DNA from: a virus
Direction: 5' to 3' (one strand)
Length of the DNA stretch: 54,608 nt
IMG/VR virus record: IMGVR_UViG_3300013383_000035
Part shown: positions 35,095-45,130 of the stretch, in pieces
How positions within the stretch are numbered: position 1 is the stretch's first letter
Layout: each line of letters starts with the position of its first letter
Translations under genes and position numbers: made by a program
The notes under the pieces: generated by a model
The model's database searches: none
Told to the model about the DNA's origin: nothing
Seen by the model: the letters and a program-made list of their open reading frames with translations, nothing else

Positions 35095-35525
35095 TTCTTA
35101 AATTTCTTTACAAGCCACCAAATAGCGGCACACAATAATACAAACGAGACGCCCATAGCTATGCCGCCGACATCCATCTTGGCTTTTTCCCACTTGCTTA
35201 ATTTTCTCTCAACGGGAACAGCCTTGCTTATGGTGTCGGTTTTGATGCTCACAAGTGTGTCGGTTTGATGCACAACTTTAACTCTCTCTCTCTCTCGGTA
35301 GTCTATCACCGTGTCTCCCTTGACAAAGACAAAATGCGTATTGTTTACCGTATCAGTATGCAACTCTTTGATTACGCGGTCTTTATATTCGGTGCGCACA
35401 CTTTCCACGGGTACATATTCTATCTTGGTCTTGCAGCTTGACAACAATGCGGCAACGCCTGCAATTGCTAAGGCATAAACAGCCATCAGCAACAGGCATC
35501 CTATCCTTGTATACTTCACTTTCAT
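35091..35525 (-). CDS. Lipoprotein with a C-terminal TM helix (unimolecular spanin-like architecture)
   Basis: Signal peptide plus lipobox LLSSC, and a C-terminal helix GGIAMGVSFVLLCAAIWWLV. Confidence 0.5.
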   Translation of the reverse strand: MKVKYTRIGCLLLMAVYALAIAGVAALLSSCKTKIEYVPVESVRTEYKDRVIKELHTDTVNNTHFVFVKGDTVIDYRERERVKVVHQTDTLVSIKTDTISKAVPVERKLSKWEKAKMDVGGIAMGVSFVLLCAAIWWLVKKFKK

Positions 35526-35541
35526 AAGTCTTTATACTCTG

Positions 35542-36033
35542 TCATAAGTCTTTATACTCTGTTTTGGCATCAAAGGACGGACACGCCTTAGTCGCAAAAT
35601 CTCTGTGGCCATATATCTTGGCGTTGGGGTATTTCGCTCTAAGCCGTTTTAACAGCGTCAAAAGTGCTACCTTTTGCTGTGGCGTGCGGTTGTCTATGGG
35701 TGGTAACCCTTTTTTACTCGTATCAACGCCGCCTACATAGCACACGTTTATGGCGTGCTGGTTCTGTCCGTAGCAGCCGTTACTCACCTTTTCTTCGGGT
35801 ACGGTGTTTACCGTGTTTCCGTCCGCTTCTATGATATAGTGATACCCTGCGACACGCCAGCCGCGTCCGCCAAGACTTACGGGGCGCAAGTGGTACGCCA
35901 CAATATCCCGAGACTTGGCGGACTGGCCGCTCGCGCTGCAATGCACGATAATCTTGTCTATGCTTCGCATTTCCTTACAATCGTTTTTCAGGTGTGTTTT
36001 TCTTTTCGCAAAGATAGTGATTATCAACGGCAT
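35542..36033 (-). CDS. N-acetylmuramoyl-L-alanine amidase endolysin (Amidase_2/PGRP type)
   Basis: IIVHCSASG..., GYHYIIEADG, GHRDFATKACPSFD. Confidence 0.85.
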   Translation of the reverse strand: MPLIITIFAKRKTHLKNDCKEMRSIDKIIVHCSASGQSAKSRDIVAYHLRPVSLGGRGWRVAGYHYIIEADGNTVNTVPEEKVSNGCYGQNQHAINVCYVGGVDTSKKGLPPIDNRTPQQKVALLTLLKRLRAKYPNAKIYGHRDFATKACPSFDAKTEYKDL

Positions 36034-36036
36034 TTC

Positions 36037-39000
36037 CTAATTACGCAGGTACACATTCACGCCGTGTGTGCTATTTGTCCCCTTAGGACTGATAACCCTA
36101 CTTAGCATATTTATAGTGTCCTGCATCTTCTGTACGGTCATCGCGGTATTGGCTTCGATATTGGGCAAACAAGCCAAATGCTGTTGCACAAGCGCGTTGG
36201 CATCTACTTCTCCGCTTCCGCTTATTACTTGTGTCGCCGTTGTCGTCCCGACTATCTGCTGTCGTATCGCCGCAACATTCTCGGCTATAAGCGGTATAGG
36301 GCTGAAATAGTAGAACGCGGTATTTATCGCCGCCGTTAAGGCGTTGATTTCCTCGCTTGTGGCACTCGCCACATTCTTGGCTATTCCCGTGCTTTCGCTA
36401 TCCGTATCGCCTATCAATTCTTTAAGGTCATATCCTCGCGCCTCCAATGCTTTCCATAACGTTTCCATCGCTGTATTGGCTTGGTTTGTAAACGCATCAA
36501 GGTTCTTGGCCACATAGTCTATGGCCTTTGTCGGGTCGTTGGCGTTGTTTTCGAGTAGTGATTGTACCTGTTGCCACATCGGAGCAAGTATAGAGTCAAT
36601 GACTTTTGCTGCCGCACCCTCAACAATCATACTCTTAATCATATCCTTATATTTGCTCTTTATCGCATCTGTGGTGCTCGCAAATGTGGCTTTGGCTTCA
36701 AGCCAGCTTTCGGCAAATTCTTTGGCGGCACTGGCTCTGTCCGTACCCATCATACGCGACACCATATCATCCTGCAACTCGCGTATCTTATCCGCCGTTT
36801 CCTGTGCACTTTTTAGATAACCTTCATACGCTTCTTGGTCTCTTTTCTTACCCTTGCTCGCTTCGGCCTCGGCTTGTTTGAGATAAGCCGTTTGTTGCGC
36901 TTTCAGATTAGCCATCTGCGTATTGTAGTTGCTTAGATAGTCCTTGCCGAATAACTTATCTGCAGCGCTGTTCAGTCGGTCGTATGCGTATTGCAACTGC
37001 TCGAGTATGTTTTTCTGTTTTTTAATTTCTCTATTGGCACGAGCAACTTTATATCCATTAAAAAGAGTGCCTATGCCTGCTACGAGGTTTGCTATCGAGG
37101 CAATGCCCTTAGTTACCATCGTAAAATAGTCTCCCTTAAAATAGGACGCCACGGCTTCTCCTCCTTGTTGTGCGGATGTCGCGAGCTTATCCAGCCCTTC
37201 AAAAACAACATTCCACATTTCATCATCGGCAAGATTTGTCCAGCTCTCTACCGCTCCCTTAATTGCATCCTGCGCCTCCTTAACCTTATCGACATAAGAT
37301 CCTAACGCAGATATGCCGCTGGCAATACTGTTGTTGCTTTGTTTGTATTGACCCTGAACTTTAGACAACTCTTCGATTTGTTGGGTCGTTTTGTCAACAA
37401 TCTGGGACTGCGCGGCCACAAGGGATTTTGCTGCGCTTAATGTCATCTTCGCACTCTCCGCCCTTTCGCTATCAGCTCCGTCTTCGGCAACGGCATCATC
37501 ATAAGCCTTTTGTGCTGCCGCTTCGGCGCTTAGAGCGGCTGTTAGTGCCGCCTTGCTCTGCGTAAGCTGCCTTGTCGCCGCTATCAACCGTGTTTCAACG
37601 TCCTCTAAGCTACCATATTTCTGATTCAACAAGTTTATCTGCTTGAGTCCATCCCTGATAGCCTTAAAGGGATTGCGCTGCGACAACTGTGTACTAATAT
37701 CGTTTAGACGACTCTGTATATCTTTTAATTGCGTTGGGTCAAGAGCTTCCCCCCAATAGCTCTGTAAGCCCATAAGAAGCTCTTGTAAATGCGTAAGTGC
37801 GGCTGTTGATGCGGTATCCAAATCCTCAAACAGCTGGACGTAATACGGCAAATCCTTAAAGGCTTCCCATTCAATCTTAGCTTGTTCCTCCTGCTCACGC
37901 CGCCTATAACCCTCGGTAAGCTGCGCCGCTTCGTTTGTCGTTATATTCCCCGCTGCCGCTTGCTTATTTATCTCGGCTATCTTTGCGGCTGTTTCACGCG
38001 CAAGTTTCACGCGCTTATATGCGTATGTTTCGGCAACCTTTAAGTCGCCTAAATAACCCTGATAGGCGTTGGCTAATTGCTTCTGCCCGTCATTGGTTAT
38101 CTTGATTAGCTTCTTGTACATATCGCCGAGTTCTTTTTTGTTTTTCTCGGCAAACTCACGCAAAGCCTTGAAGTTTACAATGTTATAGGCGTTTATTATG
38201 CCATCGGGCAATTCTACGGCATTGACACTGCCGACTATCTTGCGTATTTCTTCGGCCATCAATCGCGGTAAGTCCGCGCCCGTGTCGCCGAAGATAGACT
38301 TGGTTATCCCCTCGGCTCGCGAAACACTGCCCGTGAGGTCTAATATCTTATCGTAAAAATCCTGCATCTCTTTGCTGCGACTTATGCGGTCGGCTATTGT
38401 TGCGAGTTGCTCTTTCAATTGCTTGGCCACCTCATCAACATCTAAATTGCCGATTTTTACGCTAAGCGAGATACCCTCTTTCTCGGCATCTTTGACCTTG
38501 CCCCTTAGTTTGTCTACCGCGCCGAGTATCTTGTTATTGGCCGCTTGTATCTTATCAAACGAGGTGGGCATCTCAAACGCCAAACCAAAGGCCTTGCCCA
38601 TTTTGTTAATGCGCTGCAATTGCTTATCGTATATCTTGTTGATATGCTCTAATGCAGCGGTTTCTCCCTCGGCCTTGCGGAGTTGCTCATAACGTTTGTA
38701 TATAGCATCTAACTCACTCTGCATGCTCCGCAAACGCTGTAAGCGGTCATCGCTCTTGCGGCCACCGCTGCGGCTCGGCTTGTCCGTTTGTGGTAGGTAT
38801 TTTTTTTCAAACGCAATCTGTTCTTTCAGTGCGGACACAAGCGTTTTGGTTTCTTCGACTTTTTGGCCGTATAATTGTTTCGCAAGCCACGTTCCGTTAT
38901 TCATGGCTGCTGCCATTCTGATTATATCGGCCTCGTAAGCCGCAACAATATCTTCTAAGTTCTTGACGTGTTCTTTCAAGTCGGTATTGCCGTCCCATAG

Positions 39001-41697
39001 ATATTGCCTAAGCCGCCCGAAAGCCTTACCCACAATACCGACATTCTCCGCCGTAACTATCAAATGCTGTTGTATCTGGCGCACAGCCGGGTCGGACGAC
39101 AGGAGCGTTTCTTGCATATCCTTCATCATCTGAAACGCCGCTTGCAGCTTGGGCGATCCCTTCGCAACGGCTTCGCTTACAGCATCCCAATTAAACATCG
39201 AAAACTCGGTCTTGCCGCTCGTAACCCACGACTCCGCCGCCGTGAAAAATTCTTTGGATAAGGCAATACCTTCGTTGTTCGCCATAGAACGTAGACTCGC
39301 AAACATCGTTTGCAATTGTGCGTTTATCGTTTCGGCGTATTTAGCATACTCGCCCTCTACCTTAGACGGGTCGTATCTCACCTCGTCTCTGTGCAATCCC
39401 GACTCTCCTGCTTCAATGGATAAAAACCTATTCTCCTGTATTGCATCGGGTGTTGACCAATCGCCGCTTTCGACGGCCTTTTTCAGGCTGTCAATGAGCA
39501 TCTTATACTCATTGAGCGCTTTCATATTCTCTTTGTAAGTGTTTTCATTTTTCGTTAAGGCTGCGTCTTGCTTGGATAATGCGCTGTGTAGGTCGTCATA
39601 GTCGTCTAATATGCGACTTGTCCAATCGTCAAAAATAAAACCGAGGTCCTCTATTTGTTCCTTCGAGTAATAGCTTTTTATTTTTTCTGTTAGCGCAGCC
39701 GTCATCGCATCCTTATCCAACTTTGCCGCATTTTCCAAAATGAAAGATGTCAATTCCCCGGACATGGCATCATTAAAGCCAATGTCGGTCAAGTCCTCCA
39801 ACACCTCCTTTTGGGCATCTTTAATGGCCGTACCGAACGCATCCTTAATTGCCGCATCCGCTTCCTGCTTCCGCTGTGTCTCGTTGTAAGCCTTAATCAT
39901 TTCGGTCAAACTCTGATAAGCGCCTCTCATTTCGCGGAGCTTCTCAATTTGGAGGTTCTGACTTCCGACAATTTCGCCGTAAGTGCGGTTTAGCTCGTCA
40001 AGGGCGTCTTTCTGCTTCTTGCTACCGTCTGCCGCATTAACAGCCTCGTTGGCAAGTCTATTAAAGTTGAACTCATCCGACGCATCCTTTTTGGCATATT
40101 TTTGAGTTATTTGAGCTGTCGCCAAATCCGCTTCTTCTTTTGCTTCTTCCGCCGCATCGGATAATGACGAGAATAATTCCACAAGTGCAGTTATCGCCAA
40201 TATCGCCCAACCAAACGGATTACTCAAAAATGCCGCTTTTAGCTTATAGAGACTCTTGGAGAATAGGTTTGTGGCTTGCGCCGCACGCAGTTGCGCCGTG
40301 GCTACCGCCAGTTGTTGCTTTGCATAAAGCCGACCTAAGACTGACGCCTTGGTCATCGCGGCCTGCTCGGCTTGCAACGCTACAACGGTTTGGGTTGCTT
40401 GTATAAGGTGCTGCTTCCCTGCCGCCGTATATGCAAATGCGGATGCTCGCGCCGCCATCGTAGCCACTTTTACCGCAACAAACGCCGCCGCAACATAACC
40501 CAAAGTCTTAGCCACCTTGTCCCAGTTGCGCATTAGGCTCGTTGCAAGTTCAATAAGCCATTTCATCGCGGAATTAACCCCCTCGGTATTGCCTATCTCA
40601 TCGAACATTATTTGTGCGGCATCACCGAGTTTTGCCCATAAACCGAAAAGGGTATTGCCCTGCTTAATCTGCATATCGTAGAACATTCCGCCCTTGCTGG
40701 TCATATCGTCAAACACGTCTTTGACCATATCAAACGAAATCTGACGCTTGCTTATCATATCCATCACGTCTGACGCCCTGACAAGCTCGCCGTTTGCAGC
40801 GGTCAGCTTCTTGGCCAGTTCTTCAACCAACGGTATGCCCGCTTCTGTTGCCTGCCTTACCTCGGACGCCCTTAAATAGCCCGTAGCACGTATCTGACCG
40901 TAAAGCAACACAATCCTATCCATACTTACGCCAAGACCAACAGATACGTCTGTAAGACGCTTGGTAGTGTCGAACAGTTCGTCATAGCCGATTTTGTAGG
41001 CGGCAAGCTGCTTGGTGTACTTGGTCAAGTCAAGCACGCTCACCGGCGACTGCAACGCGAATGTCTTAATCTCGCTAAACAACGCATTGGCCTTTGTTTG
41101 GTCTTGAATAATTGCACCCAACGATACACGCTGCAACTCAAACTCGGCTGTAATTTCTCGTATCTTCGACAGAAAGCCGACCGCTTGGGAGTATGCGAAA
41201 TATACGGCCATACGCTTAACAAGGCGCGAAACATATGTTTCCTGCTTCTGAATATGTCCACCTGTGGTTTGCCAGTTGATTGATGCTTTCTCTTGGGCTT
41301 TGGCTTGCTGTTCCGCCGCACGCTGTGCCGCTTTGGCTTGCTGTTCCGCCGCACGCTCAACCTGATTTAGCGTCTGCCCATACGTTTTAAGCGCTGTGGT
41401 CAAACGAGCATACTCGTCTTTAAGCGCCTGCGCACGTGTCGTCAGCTTGCCCGTTGACGAATCTTCTATGCGCTGTGCCTCGGCTAAGTCGTTCCACTCT
41501 TTCTGCAATGCCTTGATGCGCGACTTTATATCACTTATTGACCCCGAAGCAACAGAACTTGTGTCCAGTTTTATCGCCAAAGGCCGCGCATCTATCATCA
41601 ACTTCATACGGTCAAGGAATTTTTTAGCATCTTCCTGCGCCCGTTTCGCCCCCTCGTCAAGGTCGAAGTTTATCCCAAATTTTAGGTTGTTATCCAT
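36037..41697 (-). CDS. Tail tape measure protein (1886 aa)
   Basis: Very long helical, Ala/Lys/Glu/Gln-rich protein downstream of the chaperone pair. Confidence 0.9.
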   Translation of the reverse strand: MDNNLKFGINFDLDEGAKRAQEDAKKFLDRMKLMIDARPLAIKLDTSSVASGSISDIKSRIKALQKEWNDLAEAQRIEDSSTGKLTTRAQALKDEYARLTTALKTYGQTLNQVERAAEQQAKAAQRAAEQQAKAQEKASINWQTTGGHIQKQETYVSRLVKRMAVYFAYSQAVGFLSKIREITAEFELQRVSLGAIIQDQTKANALFSEIKTFALQSPVSVLDLTKYTKQLAAYKIGYDELFDTTKRLTDVSVGLGVSMDRIVLLYGQIRATGYLRASEVRQATEAGIPLVEELAKKLTAANGELVRASDVMDMISKRQISFDMVKDVFDDMTSKGGMFYDMQIKQGNTLFGLWAKLGDAAQIMFDEIGNTEGVNSAMKWLIELATSLMRNWDKVAKTLGYVAAAFVAVKVATMAARASAFAYTAAGKQHLIQATQTVVALQAEQAAMTKASVLGRLYAKQQLAVATAQLRAAQATNLFSKSLYKLKAAFLSNPFGWAILAITALVELFSSLSDAAEEAKEEADLATAQITQKYAKKDASDEFNFNRLANEAVNAADGSKKQKDALDELNRTYGEIVGSQNLQIEKLREMRGAYQSLTEMIKAYNETQRKQEADAAIKDAFGTAIKDAQKEVLEDLTDIGFNDAMSGELTSFILENAAKLDKDAMTAALTEKIKSYYSKEQIEDLGFIFDDWTSRILDDYDDLHSALSKQDAALTKNENTYKENMKALNEYKMLIDSLKKAVESGDWSTPDAIQENRFLSIEAGESGLHRDEVRYDPSKVEGEYAKYAETINAQLQTMFASLRSMANNEGIALSKEFFTAAESWVTSGKTEFSMFNWDAVSEAVAKGSPKLQAAFQMMKDMQETLLSSDPAVRQIQQHLIVTAENVGIVGKAFGRLRQYLWDGNTDLKEHVKNLEDIVAAYEADIIRMAAAMNNGTWLAKQLYGQKVEETKTLVSALKEQIAFEKKYLPQTDKPSRSGGRKSDDRLQRLRSMQSELDAIYKRYEQLRKAEGETAALEHINKIYDKQLQRINKMGKAFGLAFEMPTSFDKIQAANNKILGAVDKLRGKVKDAEKEGISLSVKIGNLDVDEVAKQLKEQLATIADRISRSKEMQDFYDKILDLTGSVSRAEGITKSIFGDTGADLPRLMAEEIRKIVGSVNAVELPDGIINAYNIVNFKALREFAEKNKKELGDMYKKLIKITNDGQKQLANAYQGYLGDLKVAETYAYKRVKLARETAAKIAEINKQAAAGNITTNEAAQLTEGYRRREQEEQAKIEWEAFKDLPYYVQLFEDLDTASTAALTHLQELLMGLQSYWGEALDPTQLKDIQSRLNDISTQLSQRNPFKAIRDGLKQINLLNQKYGSLEDVETRLIAATRQLTQSKAALTAALSAEAAAQKAYDDAVAEDGADSERAESAKMTLSAAKSLVAAQSQIVDKTTQQIEELSKVQGQYKQSNNSIASGISALGSYVDKVKEAQDAIKGAVESWTNLADDEMWNVVFEGLDKLATSAQQGGEAVASYFKGDYFTMVTKGIASIANLVAGIGTLFNGYKVARANREIKKQKNILEQLQYAYDRLNSAADKLFGKDYLSNYNTQMANLKAQQTAYLKQAEAEASKGKKRDQEAYEGYLKSAQETADKIRELQDDMVSRMMGTDRASAAKEFAESWLEAKATFASTTDAIKSKYKDMIKSMIVEGAAAKVIDSILAPMWQQVQSLLENNANDPTKAIDYVAKNLDAFTNQANTAMETLWKALEARGYDLKELIGDTDSESTGIAKNVASATSEEINALTAAINTAFYYFSPIPLIAENVAAIRQQIVGTTTATQVISGSGEVDANALVQQHLACLPNIEANTAMTVQKMQDTINMLSRVISPKGTNSTHGVNVYLRN

Positions 41698-42130
41698 TGT
41701 TTTTCTGTTTGTCGTTCTGTATTTTTTGCATCGCCGCCGCCTGTATGTTTTCTACGGACTTTGACGCCGCAGCACTATTATCGCCTTTGTCTTTCAGGGT
41801 CTTGACTTTTCCCCAGCCGAAGCGCTTGAAAATATCCTGCATCTCTGTATCCGACCGTGATGCTCGTATTTCATCTTGCTCTTTTTTCTCAACCTCGTCA
41901 TAATCATAGTCGTAATACCCTTTATCCATCAACATTAATAGCGTTTTGTCGGCATTGTCAACATACCAATATCGCAACCAAGACCAAAATCCATAATTGC
42001 CGTACAGGGCTATAATACGCTCGGTTGTCTCGCTTATCGCAAAGGCGCTACCTACTTGCTGTCCGCCTCCTTTTTCGGCAAAGCGTCCTCGTCCAACATA
42101 TTTTCCGCACTCTCCTTTCTTTCGAGCCAT
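41690..42130 (-). CDS. Tail assembly chaperone, -1 frame extension (T-like part)
   Basis: Overlaps 42052-42609 by 79 nt in the -1 frame, immediately upstream of the tape measure gene. Confidence 0.55.
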   Translation of the reverse strand: MARKKGECGKYVGRGRFAEKGGGQQVGSAFAISETTERIIALYGNYGFWSWLRYWYVDNADKTLLMLMDKGYYDYDYDEVEKKEQDEIRASRSDTEMQDIFKRFGWGKVKTLKDKGDNSAAASKSVENIQAAAMQKIQNDKQKNNG

Positions 42131-42609
42131 TGCCTTGCGACTTCGCCAACCTGCTTCATAGAGAGCGCGAGTAGATAACTTACAACTTCCAAGTTGGCGG
42201 TAAAAAAAGACTCTTCTTCGCGCTGTAAGGTCTTGGAGATATTAATACTCATACTCACTTCCTCGCTCGCGTACCACAAACGCCGCCACGTTAGCGCTGT
42301 TGCAAACGGAATCCAACAACGCCGAAGCCCCAATACATACCGCGCTGCTATCTTGGCCGGGATTTGCCTGAAACGCTTATCTAAACGCAGCCGCTTGCGT
42401 TTGCTTAAATCTTCTCGCTTCTGCTGCTCTTGTATGATCTGCGCTTCTTTGGCGTATTCGCTTATCTTGGCCGCTTGTGCGTTGCTTATGCGGCGCAGTT
42501 TCCATTTCTTGCCGCCAATCTCTATCTCGGTGGGACGCCCGGTGGCTATACCGTGCACCACACTCGTCATTTCCGCTTCGTTTATCTGCGGCGTCTGTTC
42601 TTGCTTCAT
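42052..42609 (-). CDS. Tail assembly chaperone (G-like)
   Basis: Lies between the tail tube and tape measure genes. Confidence 0.6.
   Translation of the reverse strand: MKQEQTPQINEAEMTSVVHGIATGRPTEIEIGGKKWKLRRISNAQAAKISEYAKEAQIIQEQQKREDLSKRKRLRLDKRFRQIPAKIAARYVLGLRRCWIPFATALTWRRLWYASEEVSMSINISKTLQREEESFFTANLEVVSYLLALSMKQVGEVARQWLERKESAENMLDEDALPKKEADSK
42068..42077 (-). promoter_or_regulatory. Possible -1 frameshift site CCGAAAAAGG in the chaperone overlap
   Basis: The A5G run read on the minus strand lies within the 79-nt overlap. It is not a canonical X_XXY_YYZ heptamer. Confidence 0.3.
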
Positions 42610-42704
42610 ATTTATTCTACTGTGGATGTTAAATTAAAAGGCGTGGACGGCGGCTTGTCTTGCCGTACCGCCCACGCCTGTATGTCGCTGTCTTACGCTA
42701 TCGC

Positions 42705-43286
42705 TTAGGAGGCGTATGCAGGTGCGCCGTCCCCTATCATAAACGTGCCGAGTTCGGTGGTGTCGATGTTTTCCGCCGTTGCAACGATATGGATGCGCAT
42801 AAGTTTGTCATCCAGCGAAAGATTGGCAATAATACGCGCTTTGGGGAATAAAATGTAACGATTGGCTTCGTCATTGAATATGGCAATAGGACGGGTAATT
42901 ACGGGAATTTCCGTTCCGGCCTTTATCAGATTGGTGTTTCCCGTAACGCTCACAGGTTCGCTTGTTACCGTCACGGCGGCGCCGCGGAGGAACAATTTAA
43001 TTTTCTCTACATCGGTGGAGGCAACATCGCAGCTAAAAGCATAAGTGCCTGCGGTTACGGAAGATACTATAATCTTGCCCTGCTCATCCACGATGTTTTC
43101 TGCGGACGCTTCTTCACCCTCCCAAGAGGTGGAGTCGCCTACAACTTGACCGAGGCTTATGCCTACGGCTGTTACATCGGCAAGGGTTGTCGTGCTCGAA
43201 TACCCTGCGGTCGGTGCGTCAAACACCACTATATCGCTTTGGCCGTTAAAGACTTTGGTTACATCGGCCTTTGTAATCTTTGGCAT
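42705..43286 (-). CDS. Major tail (tube) protein
   Basis: 193 aa, position upstream of the chaperones. Confidence 0.6.
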   Translation of the reverse strand: MPKITKADVTKVFNGQSDIVVFDAPTAGYSSTTTLADVTAVGISLGQVVGDSTSWEGEEASAENIVDEQGKIIVSSVTAGTYAFSCDVASTDVEKIKLFLRGAAVTVTSEPVSVTGNTNLIKAGTEIPVITRPIAIFNDEANRYILFPKARIIANLSLDDKLMRIHIVATAENIDTTELGTFMIGDGAPAYAS

Positions 43287-43317
43287 TGTTATTCTGTATT
43301 AGATTGTTATACTTATC

Positions 43318-43773
43318 TTATTTCTTATTGTGTATCTCATCTGTCGTGTGCCACGAGATATTTAACACCATTGTCGCGTAACCCGTTGTCAGGTTTACCG
43401 TTGGCTGTACTATCGGGTTTGTCAGGTCTAATGCGAAGTAATAACCGCCTATGACCTGCCTATCAATAGACCCTGCTGCCCGCTCGGCTAATTGCGCCAA
43501 TCGCTTGCGCCGTGCTACCACGCCGCTTACAGCCTTGCTATTGATTTGCAGCGCGATATTACCGCGCATTACGCCTAACGGCATGGTCTTGCTTGATATA
43601 GCCCCATTGTACGCAACGGTCATATACTCATCCCCAAGCCCCGTTTGCGGCTGCTCGCCTTGTGCGTACACTCTGACGACTCGCTTGGGTGAGGTTGCCG
43701 AGGTTTGGACAAATAATCGTTTATCCATCCAATCGGCAAGGACTATATCGGGATTGAGTTCTGTAATCTTCAT
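43318..43773 (-). CDS. Tail terminator / head-tail joining protein
   Basis: Position and size. Confidence 0.45.
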   Translation of the reverse strand: MKITELNPDIVLADWMDKRLFVQTSATSPKRVVRVYAQGEQPQTGLGDEYMTVAYNGAISSKTMPLGVMRGNIALQINSKAVSGVVARRKRLAQLAERAAGSIDRQVIGGYYFALDLTNPIVQPTVNLTTGYATMVLNISWHTTDEIHNKK

Positions 43774-44297
43774 ACAATAGGAGCTATCGGCGCTAAGCCT
43801 GTGAGCACTTCGTTTAGCAAGGTATTTTCTAAGTTGCGGAAATATCCTGCACCTCGGCCTATCTTTGAACCCATTGTCTCAATGTAGTAGGCGTATGGTA
43901 CGGTACTGAATACGACTATCCACAACCCTTCCGAATACGTGCCTGCGGCATCTCTTAGCGCCGTTTGCAATAGCATTGAGCCGTCTATGCCGCTCTTGGG
44001 CGAGCCGAGGCCGGTATGCGCCTTTCTCGTTGCTCGTTTGGTCGGTACATAGGACGATAAGACGCCATTATCAAACACCCCTATGCCTGTCGCATCGTGC
44101 AAGTTGGCCGTATCTATGGGGAATTGAGCCGTGCCATCGGGCATAACAAAGCCGTTGTCAATATACTGCACCATACGCTGCGCTACAACTTTCAGCGCCG
44201 CAAGTATCTGCGGACGGATGTTGTTGCGCACAAAGTCATCTATCCCCAATTGTATAACTTTCGAATTGGAATATGCGTATGATACCTTTGCAGCCAT
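43770..44297 (-). CDS. Head-tail joining protein (HK97 gp10-like by position)
   Basis: Position and size. Confidence 0.45.
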   Translation of the reverse strand: MAAKVSYAYSNSKVIQLGIDDFVRNNIRPQILAALKVVAQRMVQYIDNGFVMPDGTAQFPIDTANLHDATGIGVFDNGVLSSYVPTKRATRKAHTGLGSPKSGIDGSMLLQTALRDAAGTYSEGLWIVVFSTVPYAYYIETMGSKIGRGAGYFRNLENTLLNEVLTGLAPIAPIV

Positions 44298-44299
44298 TG

Positions 44300-44650
44300 T
44301 TATTCTCCCGTACTTTGTGCAAGCTCTATTTTGGTATACAACTCGCTTGTTAGTGGCATCTCTATATCCCTGACGGTCTTGACTACGCCCTTGCGGTTAC
44401 GTCCGCGCTTGGTTTGGACGTCCACAACATCACCCTCTAAGACTATTACGGCATTACTCGGTAGGTATACCGCATCGTTGCGCACACTGACGCTCTGATA
44501 CGTTTGCCCTCCTGCTTGATAGCTGCATTTGCCGCTATATAGCTTTTGGGCTGCAATAGGCTCATCGAAGTCATCAAGCTGAATATTTCCGCCGTCATCC
44601 GTAACGTTACGGCTTATTTCGCAGTAATCGTCAAAATGTATCAATTCCAT
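44300..44650 (-). CDS. Head closure / adaptor protein
   Basis: Position and size. Confidence 0.45.
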   Translation of the reverse strand: MELIHFDDYCEISRNVTDDGGNIQLDDFDEPIAAQKLYSGKCSYQAGGQTYQSVSVRNDAVYLPSNAVIVLEGDVVDVQTKRGRNRKGVVKTVRDIEMPLTSELYTKIELAQSTGE

Positions 44651-45078
44651 ACGCAGCCTTTCTTGTTTGTCCGTTTGCGCTTGTCTGTTGCATCAAACGC
44701 ACCCGTACTCTCGTTTACATTTTCCTCCACTTGTGCGCCTATCTCACCGCGTAGCTTATCGGCTACTTTGCGGTAATATTCGCGATCGCTTTGGGTAATC
44801 GTAAAACCGCTTTGGCTTGCATGGACATCGCCCACTTGCTCGCTGCGACTGCCGCCGCTAAATACTCCTGCCGCACTATAAAACAGCGTTGACGTAGCAT
44901 ATTTAAGTGCCTTGACCCAGTTTCCATCATCGGCGTTATCCTCAATCACATCGCTCGTATTCAACGGACATAGCGCTTCGGGACGAGCAAACATCGGCGA
45001 TACCGCCGCATACTCTATTACCGCCGCATCAAATGGATAACCGGGTACTTGCGCCCTTAAATATGCTTCTACCGTCAT
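44641..45078 (-). CDS. Head-tail connector protein
   Basis: Position and size. Confidence 0.45.
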   Translation of the reverse strand: MTVEAYLRAQVPGYPFDAAVIEYAAVSPMFARPEALCPLNTSDVIEDNADDGNWVKALKYATSTLFYSAAGVFSGGSRSEQVGDVHASQSGFTITQSDREYYRKVADKLRGEIGAQVEENVNESTGAFDATDKRKRTNKKGCVWN

Positions 45079-45130
45079 TGCTGTCTTGTTTTTCGTGGGT
45101 TAAATTCGTGGCACACCTTAGATTAAGGGT

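Noticed and set aside
36520-41360. Numerous plus-strand ORFs inside the tape measure gene
   Set aside because: They are antisense products of a long repetitive Ala/Leu-rich gene, and none is independent of it.
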